A stretch of DNA of 64,000 nt from an uncultured Candidatus Saccharibacteria bacterium. GTDB lineage: Bacteria; Patescibacteriota; Minisyncoccia; Phycocordibacterales; UBA9973. The stretch's first letter is position 1; every line of letters begins with the position of its first letter. The stretch is from contig CAYRQJ010000004.1 in NCBI GenBank assembly GCA_964426555.1, positions 19,109 to 83,108 of the forward strand, read 5' to 3'. A program made the position numbers and the translations under genes. Of the stretch, positions 47,233 through 57,255 are shown piece after piece. The notes beneath the pieces were generated by a model. It did no database searches, was not told the DNA's origin, and worked only from the letters and a program-made list of their open reading frames with translations.

Positions 47233-47937
47233 TTAAAATTGATTAAGTCTTAAATCACCCCCATAAAACAAACGCACATCGTGAATATTCCAACGTATCA
47301 TTGCTATACGGTCCAGCCCCCCACCAAAAGCAAAACCTTGGACTTTCTCTGGATCAAAACCTGCATTTTTTAATACTATTGGGTTTAGCATTCCTCCACC
47401 CATCATTTCCAACCATCGCCCATTAAATTTTGCATGGACTTCTACTGATGGTTCCGTAAAAGGAAAGAAGCTAGGACGAAATTCTATTTCTACATTGAGA
47501 CCTAATGCTTTTTTATAAAATTCAATAAGTACGGCTTTCATGTTAGACAAATTTATATTTTCTCCTATCATAAAACCGTCTATTTGGTAAAACTGCATTT
47601 CATGAGTAGCGTCTGTTGCTTCATTACGAAAAACTTTACCTATGGAAATATATGCGCCATTGGTCTCATTATTTTTTGCCATTTGTTCTAACATTCTGGC
47701 GGTAGTGTTTGTGTTATGAGTACGCAGTACTTTGTCTTCTAAATTCTTTATATAAAAAGTATCCTGCATGTCGCGAGCTGGATGGTCTTTAGGAACGTTC
47801 AGCGCATCAAAATTATGCCAAGTGTCGTCCATTTCTGGGCCATTAGCTATACTAAAACCCATATCGGTAAATACAGTATAAGCTTCATTGGCTAGTAAAT
47901 TCAAAGGGTGTTGTGACCCAGTTGGGTGTTGTTCCAT
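47233..47937 (-). CDS. pheS: phenylalanyl-tRNA synthetase alpha subunit (catalytic core only, 234 aa)
   Basis: HPARDMQDTFYI, FRPSFFPFTEPSVEV class II motifs; N-terminal coiled-coil arm absent. Confidence 0.9.
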   Translation of the reverse strand: MEQHPTGSQHPLNLLANEAYTVFTDMGFSIANGPEMDDTWHNFDALNVPKDHPARDMQDTFYIKNLEDKVLRTHNTNTTARMLEQMAKNNETNGAYISIGKVFRNEATDATHEMQFYQIDGFMIGENINLSNMKAVLIEFYKKALGLNVEIEFRPSFFPFTEPSVEVHAKFNGRWLEMMGGGMLNPIVLKNAGFDPEKVQGFAFGGGLDRIAMIRWNIHDVRLFYGGDLRLNQF

Positions 47938-48051
47938 ATTTAAATACTACCTTTTTTAAGGCTTTTTTTCAAATTTATAATTCATAAGTTACCTCACCCT
48001 TACATCCCTCTCGATTGAATGGCGAGGGAAATCGCAATTAAAGCAAATTAG

Positions 48052-48702
48052 TTATCCGGCTATAAGTTCGTTAACTTTAGACATTGTAGTTCCAGTTACA
48101 ATACCGTCAGCTGTAATTTTGTTAGCAGTTTGGAATTTTTTAACCGCAGTTTCAGTCATTGGACCAAATGCACCGTCAGCTATGCCTGTTAAATATTTAT
48201 TATCAATTAAAAATTGTTGCAGTATTTTTACTTGTTCTCCTTTACTACCCTTTTTTAAAGTTTGAGTAATAGGACCAATAGCAATATCAGTTTCTTCTTC
48301 TACAACTACAGGTTTTACAACGTTTCCACTGGTTGGTATTTTAGTATCATTAGATATAACAGTTTCATTTGCATTACCATTCATAGTAATGGTTACATTG
48401 TCTTTTGTTTTAGTGTTAGCACTGTCTACTGTATTTTCTAAAGTATTTTGGTCTATTACTGTTTCTTCGTCTGTTGTTGGATTTATTTCATTACCAAAAG
48501 GGTCAGTAAGATTTGTTTCTTCTTCTACAACCGTAGCAGTCTTACTGCCAAATATTTTTTTAGACAAAGCCATTTCTGGATTAATCTTCAAATAAAAAGC
48601 TCCGAATGTTCCTGCACATAAGATAAGCAATAATACAATAATAAATGTTAGAGTTTTGTTTGACATAAGAAATAAAATACTTTTACTTTTATAGTATATC
48701 AC
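48052..48702 (-). CDS. membrane-anchored protein with C-terminal peptidoglycan-binding (PG_binding_1-like) domain
   Basis: N-terminal TM; C-terminal GSKGEQVKILQQFL...ADGAFGPMTETAVKKFQ...ADGIVTGTT. Confidence 0.7.
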   Translation of the reverse strand: MIYYKSKSILFLMSNKTLTFIIVLLLILCAGTFGAFYLKINPEMALSKKIFGSKTATVVEEETNLTDPFGNEINPTTDEETVIDQNTLENTVDSANTKTKDNVTITMNGNANETVISNDTKIPTSGNVVKPVVVEEETDIAIGPITQTLKKGSKGEQVKILQQFLIDNKYLTGIADGAFGPMTETAVKKFQTANKITADGIVTGTTMSKVNELIAG

Positions 48703-48835
48703 AATACATATGATATACTAGTAAATATGGAGAAAGAATCCACAAAAATATTGTTGGTTTTTATAATGTTTGTACTACTTTTTGCTGGTTTTTTGTTTGG
48801 GTTTTTAGACAACGGCCCTGAGCATTGGATAAGTT

Positions 48836-51835
48836 TTAATTAAATATCTTTATTGAGAGCGCGCAATATTGGCAAACATTATTTGTACCATAATTTTTTG
48901 TATTACATGGCCGAGTAACCCAGTCTCCTGAATTTAACAAATTGTTATAATCTGCAATATCTCGTATCAACAAATCTACATGTTCATTTGTAATATTTGT
49001 AGAATAAACTGCATTTTTGTCTTTAGAATTTGATTCTAAAAAAAGCAATCTTGAGTTTGTTACAATTTTCCCATGTTCGGCGCCACGAATTAAATAAGAA
49101 TACATCGCCAGTTGACGCATATAAGAAGACAATCTTTCTTCTTCATTTAATTTTTCAATTTCATTTTTAGTTTTACTTTTACCAGTTTTAAAATCTGTAA
49201 CAATAATCTCACCCTCAGAATATCTTTCAGTTAAATCAATTTTTCCATACATTGTTAGATTTGGGAATTGTGGATCTCTAAAAGATATATCTCTTTCTGC
49301 TATTCTATCAGCTGACAAATTGGGGTAATAATTTTTTATCCAATCTGTAGTTATGCTTAGGCCTTCTTTTGTTAATTTTGATAATTCTTTTAAATCCAGT
49401 ACACCATCTTTTTGTAATGATTCTTTTATTTTATTTTCAATTACTGTAACTGGGGGTAATTTATTTTCTTTGATTATATATTCCAAAGCATTATGCACGG
49501 CACTACCTAAAGATAAACTATTACTTTTTGTTTCAGGTAATTTTAAAAAATTTCTAAAATACCATTTCCAACTACACTCAAAAAAATTATTAAGCATTGA
49601 AACAGAAATTCTGGTTTCTGGGAATCTATCTTTTACAAAAGAAATTACATTACCCATTTCAAGATTATCCTGAACTAATTTCGGCTTCAAAGCAAAATTA
49701 TTTATTCCACTATTAATTATAGCATTTTCATTTTCAATACTATTTTTAATAGTAAAATGTTTTGGGTCTAAATCTTTTATTATATTAGCTAAAGTCAAAT
49801 CCCCTCCTTCTAATTTTTCTTTAGCATAAGTAATGGTTAAAAATTCTTTTCCACGAGTTATTGCAACATATAATTCTCTTTTAGCTGTTTCGGTGTCTTT
49901 TTTCTCAATTAAATTATTAATTTTTTCAGGTAATGAAAAAGCATTCTTTTTACTACTCATTAAAATTTCTTGGTTCATATGCGCCACAAATACATGTTTG
50001 TATTCAAGACCTTTTGATCGGTGCAGTGTCATTACATTTACACCATCTAATTTGCCAATTAAAGCCAAGCTGATGTTTGTATCGTAACTGGATAATCTTT
50101 CTAAATAAGAGATAAAATCAACTATTTTACCAGAAGGATTTTTTTCTTCAAATGACTGAGCCAGGTGTATAAAAGTTCTTACTATTTCTACATTCTTTAA
50201 TAGCTCATCGTGATTTTGAGATTTTTCTATTAATAATTCATTGCCAACAAAAGAAACAATATGTGAGATTTTTTCATTATACAAATCTACTGAATATCTT
50301 TTTAATGTCTTACCCCAATTAGACACAGGGTTAACAGATTCAAATAAATTTTCGTTAACTGATAAATTTATTAAATCATCAATTGTTAAATTATCTGGTT
50401 TTTTAAAATCTTTCAAGAATTTTTGTGCCGTATACGAATCAATACCGGAAACTTTATCCAATAATAATTTACTAATAAAAATACTATTAAAAGGATTATT
50501 TATTAAATTAATTACAGAAATTATACTTTCAAATTCTGCTAAATTAAATAAAGATACATTTTTTTCTGAAGTCACTGGAATATTCATATCTGACAAAACT
50601 TGGGCAACTGCTTTTACGTGTTTATTTTTAGGAACAAGGATTGCAAAATCTTCAGGACTAGCACCATTTGCAATGTGGTCTTTTATGTTCAAAGCTATAC
50701 CAATAATTTCATCTCTTGGGTAATTGTATTCTAGTAGATTAATTTCTTTATTTATTTTTGTATTAGTTTTTAAACTATCCTTTGTAATACTACTTTTTAA
50801 CAAATCATCGGCTAAATTTAAAATATTCCCAGTAGAACGATAGTTCTCAACAAGTGTAATTAATTTTGCTTTTCCAAAAATATGCGAGAATTCTTCAAAA
50901 TAATTTATATTTGCCCCAGAAAATCCATATATCAACTGCCTATCATCCCCCACTACAAAAATATTAGGCAATTCCACTTCTTGCCAAACAGCCTTTAGGA
51001 AATTATTTTGGACAAACGATGAATCTTGATGTTCGTCGATTAAGATATATAAATATTCTTCTTTGATATCACTTTGCGCATCACTGCTTTCTTTTACAAT
51101 TTGCAATGCATATTCTAAAACATCATCATAATCCATTAAATTTCTTTCTTTTTTTAGATCTTCATATATTTTATAAAATTTTACAGCTTCAAGAGTACGG
51201 TTATAGGAATTTATTTTAGTTACAATAGCTTGTTTTAGTTGTCCACGACTTTCTCCACGAGAAGAAATATTTTCAGGATCGTTTTCTAAATCTTTAATTT
51301 CAACATCAATTAAAACTTGGAATTCTTCAGGAGTTATTCTTTCTTTTTTTAATAAAGAAATTAAACTTTTTAAATCATTAAAATACTGAGCATTGTTTGA
51401 ACGACTTTTTAAATACTGCCAGTCATGAGAATTTAGAATTTCATCTACCAAAAAAACAGTTTCTTTTTCGTCGATTAATTTCGGAGAATAATCAAATCCT
51501 AAAACTTCGTAGTATTTTTCAACTATATTCCCAGCAAAACTATGAAATGTATTTATTGTTACATCTCTTGAAATATTGCCGACATATTTTTCAAGTCTTT
51601 GGCGCATTGCAGAAACACCAGAGCGTGTAAAAGTTAGTGCCAATATGCCATTGGGTGGCGTATCAGTTTTGTCTATAATATTTGCGATACGCAAAGCTAA
51701 TACTTGAGTTTTCCCTGTACCGGGACCAGCCACAACCATAACAGGCCCGTCAATTGTATCAACAGCGTCTTTTTGAGCAATATTTAGTTTTTTGTATTCA
51801 TTGTTAAATACGTCTTTATCTGGGTTGTGTGACAT
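48836..51835 (-). CDS. UvrD/PcrA-family helicase fused to C-terminal RecB/Cas4-type PD-(D/E)xK nuclease with Cys cluster
   Basis: Helicase motifs I (AGPGTGKTQVL), II (DEHQDSS), IV (ENYRSTGNI); C-terminal GKIDLTE...IIVTDFKTGK nuclease motif and C...C-x2-C (CQYC) cysteines. Confidence 0.85.
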   Translation of the reverse strand: MSHNPDKDVFNNEYKKLNIAQKDAVDTIDGPVMVVAGPGTGKTQVLALRIANIIDKTDTPPNGILALTFTRSGVSAMRQRLEKYVGNISRDVTINTFHSFAGNIVEKYYEVLGFDYSPKLIDEKETVFLVDEILNSHDWQYLKSRSNNAQYFNDLKSLISLLKKERITPEEFQVLIDVEIKDLENDPENISSRGESRGQLKQAIVTKINSYNRTLEAVKFYKIYEDLKKERNLMDYDDVLEYALQIVKESSDAQSDIKEEYLYILIDEHQDSSFVQNNFLKAVWQEVELPNIFVVGDDRQLIYGFSGANINYFEEFSHIFGKAKLITLVENYRSTGNILNLADDLLKSSITKDSLKTNTKINKEINLLEYNYPRDEIIGIALNIKDHIANGASPEDFAILVPKNKHVKAVAQVLSDMNIPVTSEKNVSLFNLAEFESIISVINLINNPFNSIFISKLLLDKVSGIDSYTAQKFLKDFKKPDNLTIDDLINLSVNENLFESVNPVSNWGKTLKRYSVDLYNEKISHIVSFVGNELLIEKSQNHDELLKNVEIVRTFIHLAQSFEEKNPSGKIVDFISYLERLSSYDTNISLALIGKLDGVNVMTLHRSKGLEYKHVFVAHMNQEILMSSKKNAFSLPEKINNLIEKKDTETAKRELYVAITRGKEFLTITYAKEKLEGGDLTLANIIKDLDPKHFTIKNSIENENAIINSGINNFALKPKLVQDNLEMGNVISFVKDRFPETRISVSMLNNFFECSWKWYFRNFLKLPETKSNSLSLGSAVHNALEYIIKENKLPPVTVIENKIKESLQKDGVLDLKELSKLTKEGLSITTDWIKNYYPNLSADRIAERDISFRDPQFPNLTMYGKIDLTERYSEGEIIVTDFKTGKSKTKNEIEKLNEEERLSSYMRQLAMYSYLIRGAEHGKIVTNSRLLFLESNSKDKNAVYSTNITNEHVDLLIRDIADYNNLLNSGDWVTRPCNTKNYGTNNVCQYCALSIKIFN

Positions 51836-51944
51836 AAGTTGATTATAACTTAATTAAATGAATCTAAAAAGGCTCGATATTTTAATATATTTATCATAGT
51901 CAATAGCTTTTTATTACGCCAAATCAATTGTATAATAATACAAT

Positions 51945-52955
51945 ATGAAAAGAATTTTAATGTTTTTAGGATTATTTGTTTTACCCACTACTGGTTTTGC
52001 TCATGTTAGATATGTTTTAGAAGAAAATATAGACTACCATACATTACTGGGACAAAACTGGGGGTTATTAAAATCAGGAATAAATAATTCGGGTTTTATA
52101 GTTGGAACTATTGTTAGTCTTATAATAATAGGAGTAATAATTGAAATGTTGCATACCAAAATATTTAAAAGTTATTTTGACAAAGTAAAAGAAAGATTAA
52201 ATTCATACCATGAATTAGTACCATGGATTATTAGACTTTGTCTTGGTATTGCGTTAATTGGTGCAGGTACAGGACATTTTTTAATATCACCAATAATGGC
52301 AAGCAGCGCATTAATTGCAAATATTGAAATACTATTAGGATTTTTATTCTTAGCTGGATTTTTATTAGTACCAGCAACAATAGCAACAATTATTATATAT
52401 ATTATTGCTATAACTACTGATACATATTTTTTAGGTAATTTAGACTTTTTAGCTTTAGCTATTGGGTTATTAGTATTTCACAGTGCGCGCCCAGGGGTAG
52501 ACGACATCTTAGGAATTTCTTTATTAAAATTTATTAAAATTAAAAGATTATATTTAGACTTGATCTTGAGAATTGGTGTAGGGACAGCAATGATATATCT
52601 TGGTTTATTTGAAAAAATTCTTAATCCCCTTTTAGCAGAACACGTTGTAAATCAATTTAGTTTAACCAGTATAATACCAGTCACAGCTGCTACTTGGACT
52701 TTGGCGACAGGAATAATTGAAACTGCATTAGGGTTAATTATTATGTTTGGATTATTTACTAGAATTGCAGCAATAATTAGTATTATTGTTATTTCTATTA
52801 CTTTTTTCTTTTTTAATGAAGCAGTATTTTCTCATGTTACATTGTTTGGGATATTATCAATCATTGCAGTAGAAGGTAGCAGTATTTTAAGCTTGGATAA
52901 TATAATCAAAAATAAAAAACTATTGACCAAAACAAATAATATTGGAATACGCTAG
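51945..52955 (+). CDS. hypothetical polytopic membrane protein (about 8 TM)
   Basis: 336 aa, highly hydrophobic, no conserved motif recognised. Confidence 0.5.
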   Translation: MKRILMFLGLFVLPTTGFAHVRYVLEENIDYHTLLGQNWGLLKSGINNSGFIVGTIVSLIIIGVIIEMLHTKIFKSYFDKVKERLNSYHELVPWIIRLCLGIALIGAGTGHFLISPIMASSALIANIEILLGFLFLAGFLLVPATIATIIIYIIAITTDTYFLGNLDFLALAIGLLVFHSARPGVDDILGISLLKFIKIKRLYLDLILRIGVGTAMIYLGLFEKILNPLLAEHVVNQFSLTSIIPVTAATWTLATGIIETALGLIIMFGLFTRIAAIISIIVISITFFFFNEAVFSHVTLFGILSIIAVEGSSILSLDNIIKNKKLLTKTNNIGIR

Positions 52956-53109
52956 TTAAATTTGGAATTAAAAAGTATGCAGTGTATAATACTACACGAA
53001 GCGATCCTTTTTACGCAGGTGGTTTTGTTTTTTTTAATTTCTTAACCCCTGTACAAGGCAAACCCCCAATTCGTAAGAATTGGGGGTTTGCTGCAATACG
53101 TTAAATTGA

Positions 53110-53700
53110 TTATATTTTTACTAATTCTGTAAAAATTACTAACCTGTCTGAAGATGATTTTTTAATATTATTCCACAAACCACTACAAGTAATTAGATTT
53201 AAATATGCACCATTAGATTTCGGCACAAATACATCGGTATAATCTTCACCTGGGGTGTAAATTTTAATTTTAATTACATTAAACACAAGAATATTCCCCA
53301 AACTGTCTTCTATATAAATTTTGTCGTCAACACGCAATTTATATAAATTATCAAATACGGCAGGTAAATTCCCTTTCCATCCAGAATGTCCATCGATTAT
53401 GGCTACCCCATTTTCTCCTGGTCGCGGACCTAAATTATACCAACCTACATTTTTGGGTCCAGAAGGAGCATCAACTGCACCATCTTTTGTTAATCCAACA
53501 TGTTCAACTTTTGATACCACCCCAATAATTGGGATTTTTAAATTTACAGGATTTAATTTGCTATTATTTTTAATAACAATATTTTGTAAATTTACAAAAA
53601 GTAAGATTTTTCTTTCTTTTGCTTTTACTATAATAAATAAAAAAACAAAAATTACTAAAAGAAATCCCAATAGTATATTTTTATTTTTAAAATTTAACAT
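53110..53700 (-). CDS. sortase-family transpeptidase
   Basis: N-terminal TM anchor; catalytic His in AIIDGHSG, active-site LNLITCSG (TLxTC motif). Confidence 0.8.
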   Translation of the reverse strand: MLNFKNKNILLGFLLVIFVFLFIIVKAKERKILLFVNLQNIVIKNNSKLNPVNLKIPIIGVVSKVEHVGLTKDGAVDAPSGPKNVGWYNLGPRPGENGVAIIDGHSGWKGNLPAVFDNLYKLRVDDKIYIEDSLGNILVFNVIKIKIYTPGEDYTDVFVPKSNGAYLNLITCSGLWNNIKKSSSDRLVIFTELVKI

Positions 53701-53717
53701 TAATTTTTAAAACAACA

Positions 53718-55010
53718 TTATTTATTGTTTACTGCTTTGCGATGAAAATATATAAACAAAGATGCCCCAATTATTCCTAAAAATATAATTGCGTAACTTA
53801 TATAATTTTTTGACTGAGTTGGGTAACCTGTATTTGGCATGGCTGGCACAAAGACTGTATTTACCGGAGGATTAGAAATTGCAGTAATTACTGGGTTACT
53901 AATCACAACAGGTAAAGTATTATTTTCAAGTAATCTTGCAGCGTCACTCATTGCTTGAAGAATATAAACTGGGATAGACCCACCAGACTGAACAACTGGT
54001 ATTATATAAGTATTTATTATTGTACAAATTTTTTCAGCGCCTGTAGCAAATGTTATAGATCCGGCAGAATCACAATCTCCAGAAAAAGTTTTTGTATAAC
54101 TATTATTTACATCTTCACTAACTTCGTAAGTACCTCCAGATAATGAATACAGTGTTCCAGGTGAGATTACTCCAACAGCTGGACTACCAGACACATTTAC
54201 TCCACCTGTTTTTACATATAAATTAAAATCAGAAGAAGCAAGTAGTCCACCTCCGGTATTAACCACAGTTTTGATTATATGAAAACTGGCATTAGTACAA
54301 GTTGGAACAGTAACGGTACTAGTATCTCCAGTTGTTATTACTCCTGCCCCAATAGAAAGTAGTCTTCCTGTTACAGTTGTATTTGCTCCAATAGTAATTG
54401 CATTTGCATTATCAACTATTGTTCCAGAAAATGTAGTAGTTGCTGCTAATGTTGTAGCTGCAGTTGGTGTCCAGAACACATCACAAGCAGATGGTCCAGT
54501 TAAAGTTACAGTAGTACCAACAGTAGAAGTTAAAGCCCCTACTGGTCTAAAAATATAAGTACCGCTACCACTAAGAGTAATTGGGCTTCCAATATTCATT
54601 GCACCACTACTACAATATACTCCGGGGTTATACACCCCAATTGTCCCATGAGTGGCGTCTGTACCTAAATCAATTGCACCTGGTGCAAAAGTAAAAGTAC
54701 AAGCATTAGCGGCTAAAGACCCTAATAAAGTTGATGTGTCTGTTTGTGCAGTCGGTGTTGGTGCACCTGCTCCATAAATTGTGCCACTGACTATTGGTGG
54801 TGTTACTGGGCCAGTTGTATAGCCTACGTCACCATTAATAGTAGTTGCGGCTGATGTGTTGGTATATGTACCAGCAAGTACCCCGTAACTGGCTGATAAG
54901 CCAAGAGATGGAGTTGTTGCACCAAAACTAATGTTTGGAGAAATTATTCCCAAGACTAAAAATGCTGCTGCTAATACAGTTAGCGCTGGTTCCTTCTTAA
55001 ATTTTCTCAT
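53718..55010 (-). CDS. Thr/Gly-rich secreted surface protein with C-terminal sortase-type sorting signal (MPNTG + hydrophobic segment + HRK tail)
   Basis: Signal peptide MRKFKKEPALTVLAAAFLVLGII; C-terminus ...VPAMPNTGYPTQSKNY-ISYAIIFLGIIGASLFIYF-HRKAVNNK; immediately upstream of sortase gene. Confidence 0.75.
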   Translation of the reverse strand: MRKFKKEPALTVLAAAFLVLGIISPNISFGATTPSLGLSASYGVLAGTYTNTSAATTINGDVGYTTGPVTPPIVSGTIYGAGAPTPTAQTDTSTLLGSLAANACTFTFAPGAIDLGTDATHGTIGVYNPGVYCSSGAMNIGSPITLSGSGTYIFRPVGALTSTVGTTVTLTGPSACDVFWTPTAATTLAATTTFSGTIVDNANAITIGANTTVTGRLLSIGAGVITTGDTSTVTVPTCTNASFHIIKTVVNTGGGLLASSDFNLYVKTGGVNVSGSPAVGVISPGTLYSLSGGTYEVSEDVNNSYTKTFSGDCDSAGSITFATGAEKICTIINTYIIPVVQSGGSIPVYILQAMSDAARLLENNTLPVVISNPVITAISNPPVNTVFVPAMPNTGYPTQSKNYISYAIIFLGIIGASLFIYFHRKAVNNK

Positions 55011-55185
55011 AAAATATTTACTTTTGTTAGCTAGTTATGACCATATACAGTATGACACACTATATACATAATAGATACAAGAGAATTTATAGCTTATATT
55101 ACAAGAGTTTGCGGTGGTAATCTAAAAATGGTAAAACTAGATATCAGTAAAGATATTTTTTCTTAAAAAACTATTTACTAAATAA

Positions 55186-55272
55186 GGAGGCGTCGCATAG
55201 TGGTCTAGTGCACTACCTTGGAAAGGTAGCATGGTGTCAAAGCCATCGGAGGTTCAAATCCTCTCGCCTCCT
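55186..55272 (+). tRNA. tRNA-Ser (anticodon GGA), class II with long variable arm
   Basis: GGAGGCG acceptor pairing CGCCTCC; anticodon stem CTACC/GGTAG, loop TTGGAAA; variable arm CATGG...CCATC; T-arm GGAGG-TTCAAAT-CCTCT. Confidence 0.85.
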
Positions 55273-55281
55273 CAAATAAAT

Positions 55282-56172
55282 CTATATACTATTTCTTAAT
55301 CTTTTTATGCGTTCTTCGGCTGGTGGGTGTGTTGAAAAAAGATTTCCAATTTTTTTACCAACATTACCATTTCCAAATGGATTAGCAATATATAAATGCG
55401 ATATTGCGGTAGATTGATGTTTCATAGGTTGAGAATATGCTGCGATTTTTTCCAATGCACTGGCTAAACCTTCGGGGTATCTTGTAAGCAAAGCACCAGA
55501 TGCATCAGCTAAATATTCTCTATTTCGTGAAATTGCTAACTGCATTAGTGTAGCTAATATAGGAGCAAGGATAGATAATACAATTCCAATAACTACCATT
55601 ATCCCCCCACCATTTTCTCGGTCATCACGTCCACCAAAAAATGACATTCGTATAAACATGTCAGACACAATGGAAATAAATCCCACCAGCACTACTGCTA
55701 CTGTAGATACCAACATATCACGGTTACCAATATGTGACATTTCATGAGCAATTACGCCTTCTAGCTCGGTCTTGTTAAGAATTGCCAGTAGTCCTGTTGT
55801 AGCTGCAATTACAGCATGATTTTTATCACGACCAGTCGCAAAAGCATTTGGTGCAGAATCTTCAACTACATATATTTTAGGCATTGGCAGACCTGCAGTA
55901 ATTGATAAATTTTCCACTGCATTATAAAAATCAAAATATTCTTCCCTACTAGCCGGTTTAGCCCCCGCCAATGTTAATACAATTTTGTCAGAATACCAGT
56001 AACCAACTATATTCATTACAATGCTAAATAAAACAAAAATATATAGAATATTTGGGTTGTGGTAAGTTTGCGCAAAAACAAAACCTAACCCAATTACAAT
56101 ACCAAAGAACAGGCTCATTAGTAGCCAGGTCTTACGAACGCTTTGTGATTGATGAGTATAAAGTGTAGCCAT
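55282..56172 (-). CDS. htpX: zinc metalloprotease HtpX (M48)
   Basis: HEMSHIGNRD HExxH motif, four TM helices, M48 topology. Confidence 0.9.
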   Translation of the reverse strand: MATLYTHQSQSVRKTWLLMSLFFGIVIGLGFVFAQTYHNPNILYIFVLFSIVMNIVGYWYSDKIVLTLAGAKPASREEYFDFYNAVENLSITAGLPMPKIYVVEDSAPNAFATGRDKNHAVIAATTGLLAILNKTELEGVIAHEMSHIGNRDMLVSTVAVVLVGFISIVSDMFIRMSFFGGRDDRENGGGIMVVIGIVLSILAPILATLMQLAISRNREYLADASGALLTRYPEGLASALEKIAAYSQPMKHQSTAISHLYIANPFGNGNVGKKIGNLFSTHPPAEERIKRLRNSI

Positions 56173-56192
56173 GGTCGATTTATTTTATATTA

Positions 56193-56648
56193 CTAGTTAA
56201 TTACAATAGGAATAATTATTTGTTTGATCAATGCTGGGTCACCAGATGGGTTGTCGTTTTCTAAAACTAAATATGCTGGACCAACTGGTAAACCTGTAAA
56301 GTTTACATTAGCAGTAAACGAAACTGGAGCTGTAGTCATCCAGTCAGTAGTAGCGCTACCATGGGTAGTTAGTAATACATTGTTTGAAATATCAGTAACT
56401 TTAACTATTATATTTGCTTCAAAAAAATAAGCATTTTTAATAGAACCTGAAATAATAGATGCCCCAGTTAATGTATCTCCTGGATTAAAAGAAAGACTAA
56501 CTAAATCCAGTGCATTACCTGTTACTACTGGGGCTATTGTATTATTGGTGGGTGTAATTTTTTTAGGACTAAAAAACATAAAACCAAGTATCCCCAAACC
56601 TAGAATGAGTATGACTATGGTTTTTATTTTTGAAGTTTTATTTACCAT
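56193..56648 (-). CDS. hypothetical secreted/anchored beta-rich protein (151 aa)
   Basis: N-terminal TM/signal; no known motif. Confidence 0.5.
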   Translation of the reverse strand: MVNKTSKIKTIVILILGLGILGFMFFSPKKITPTNNTIAPVVTGNALDLVSLSFNPGDTLTGASIISGSIKNAYFFEANIIVKVTDISNNVLLTTHGSATTDWMTTAPVSFTANVNFTGLPVGPAYLVLENDNPSGDPALIKQIIIPIVIN

Positions 56649-56653
56649 AATTT

Positions 56654-57214
56654 TTAGAACTTTACTTCTACAGGTTGTGCTTCTACACCATTGTCATCAA
56701 TATCGAAGAATTCTTTTTTAGCAAAACCAAACATGCTTGCAATAACATTTCCTGGGAAAACTTGTAGTGCAGTATTGAAATCTCTTACATTTGCGTTGTA
56801 GAAACGACGAGATGCTTGGATTTTGTTTTCAGTATCAGATAATTCATTTTGTAAGCCAAGGAAATTTGTATTAGCTTTCAAGTCGGGGTAAGCTTCAGCA
56901 ATTGCAAAAATGCTTTTAAGTGCTCCGGTTAGCATGTTTTCAGCTTCAGCGTGAGCTGGAGTAACACCACCAGAACCCATTGCCATAGCGCGAGCTTTGG
57001 TAACATTTTCAAATGCAGTAGTTTCGTGAGTAGCGTAACCTTTAACTGTACTAACTAAATTTGGTATTAAATCATAACGACGCTTTAGTTGAGTCTCTAT
57101 ATCTGCCCAAGCTTCTTCTGCACGATTACGACGACGAATAAACCCATTGTATGATGCTACAAAAAATAGCACCAAAAGTATTAAAATTCCTAAAAATATC
57201 ATTCCTGTTCCCAT
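56654..57214 (-). CDS. lemA: LemA-family membrane protein
   Basis: N-terminal TM followed by YNGFIRRRNRAEEAWADIETQLKRRYDLIPNLV (LemA signature). Confidence 0.85.
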   Translation of the reverse strand: MGTGMIFLGILILLVLFFVASYNGFIRRRNRAEEAWADIETQLKRRYDLIPNLVSTVKGYATHETTAFENVTKARAMAMGSGGVTPAHAEAENMLTGALKSIFAIAEAYPDLKANTNFLGLQNELSDTENKIQASRRFYNANVRDFNTALQVFPGNVIASMFGFAKKEFFDIDDNGVEAQPVEVKF

Positions 57215-57255
57215 ATTATGTATATACTACTTATATGGGTCTATTATAACATATT

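Noticed and set aside
47938-48051. T-box riboswitch upstream of pheS
   Set aside because: No convincing T-box consensus or specifier-loop arrangement; only a generic hairpin is present.
53058-53092. Hairpin CAAACCCCCAATTCGTAAGAATTGGGGGTTTG as rho-independent terminator
   Set aside because: Strong stem but no U-tract on either strand; may still be a structural element, not called as terminator.
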